Positions 62,901 through 64,000 of a stretch of 64,000 bases of DNA are shown here, piece after piece. Location of the stretch: NCBI RefSeq assembly GCF_009914755.1, contig NC_060929.1. One strand, 5' to 3'. Source of the stretch: the human T2T-CHM13v2.0 reference genome, Homo sapiens. Position 1 is the stretch's first letter, and each line of letters opens with the position of its first letter. The notes beneath the pieces were generated by a model. That model saw only the letters and a program-made list of their open reading frames with translations, made no database searches and had not been told where the DNA came from. Both the position numbers and the translations under genes were made by a program.

Positions 62901-64000
62901 ATGCTGCCAGCATGTGGGAATACACGTAAGAGATGGCTGTGGAGCAAAGTTCATCCCCTTGGCTGCCTACCGGAGAGAATGCCAAACCACAGACCCACTC
63001 ATTCTGTATCTATTCTCCCAATGAGCTCAACTAAGTATTAAGGAAATAATTTTAGAATAATTTCTACTGAAATGACTGGTAAGTGTAGGGTCCACAAGAA
63101 AATTCTGATTCTAGGAGAATTTTCATCCAAGTGAATCATTAGTTGTACAGTGGGGTATCTGGAAGAGGTACGTGGATAATCAGAGTCAGCTTCAGTGAAA
63201 ACCCAGCACCGCTGGGGTGTGACAGGGGAAGGTCTGCTGGCACTGCTCTCGGCACAGAGCATCATTAAGTCGGTCCCACAATAGGGTTCCTGACGGCAGA
63301 TGCTGCTGCAGCCAGGAAGAGTCTCTGCTTGTAGAGCAAGGAGTTATCTCCATGCTGGGTTGCTAGCCATAGGCATGCAGAGAGCCCAGCAAAGGCAGGT
63401 GAGCCAGTCTGGGGGTGTGTTCAGCTCAAAATGCCAAATTATACTTGAAGAAGAATGGCCCAGAGCCACCTCAGCAGATGGAATTGGTACCTGTCATCCC
63501 TGCTTCTCCCTGTACCTAGTGGCTGGCGTACATTTCCATCCCCAAAGCAGGATGTGCATGTGCACCTGCTGGCCTTGGGCTTTATCTGGCTCCACTCTAG
63601 ACAGAACACAAAACCCATGTTGACATCGCAGGAGCTCCACGAGCCAATCGGCTGGCCCGAGGGGCAGAGGATACGCAAGAAAGGCTTTTTGTTGTGTTTT
63701 GTTTGTTTTTTGTTTTGTTTTTAAATAACATAGGGAGCCATGGGACACAGCTTCTAAAGGAGAGAGGCGTTTTGATTCAGAAAGAAAAGCTAAGCACTTA
63801 AAAATCACTTGTTTTTGTGTTAAAGCTATTTGAAAGAACAATTTGCAAGGCAAAAGTTTTATTCATTTGGTATCATATAAAAAATTCACACTATATCAGT
63901 AAGTAGCTGTATAGCAAATGGTCTTTATCCCTGAAGAAAACATGAAACATGGGAAATAAAAATGTCCCATAATTATGGGATAAATGAGTCACAGCCCTTA

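Noticed and set aside
63965-63980. Perfect 16-bp palindrome tcccataattatggga
   Set aside because: About one is expected per 64 kb (64000/4^8 is roughly 1); not a canonical CArG box (8 A/T bases rather than 6)

Overview
Primate genomic DNA, almost certainly human because it carries an AluYb8. The window lies wholly inside PDE8B (cAMP-specific phosphodiesterase 8B) on the + strand. Seven short GT-AG exons (909-968, 3313-3370, 9139-9227, 16765-16843, 21331-21471, 22977-23065, 25258-25318) splice into one continuous frame, ...[10 protein letters not shown]...RFMENSS...[19 protein letters not shown]...KKLCCTTDNNKQ. This covers the end of the REC-like domain and the PAS domain; exon numbers 4-10 are recalled from the reference transcript. 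The remaining ~38.7 kb is the proximal part of a long phase-0 intron. It is packed with Alus, MIR/L2, hAT and Tigger DNA-transposon fossils, MaLR/ERVL LTRs, old L1M fragments and a full-length antisense L1PA7-like element with two nested Alus. Almost all ORFs in the supplied track are spurious or repeat-derived. I see no convincing new gene system. The best leads are hypotheses: an open L1 ORF0 pointing toward the PDE8B catalytic exons with a phase-matched donor, a CRE cluster in a cAMP-PDE intron, phase-0 PAS exon modules bracketed by inverted Alus, cryptic poison splice sites, and several templated-insertion or fold-back repair scars. Repeat subfamily names come from recalled consensus sequences, and boundaries of old repeats are approximate.
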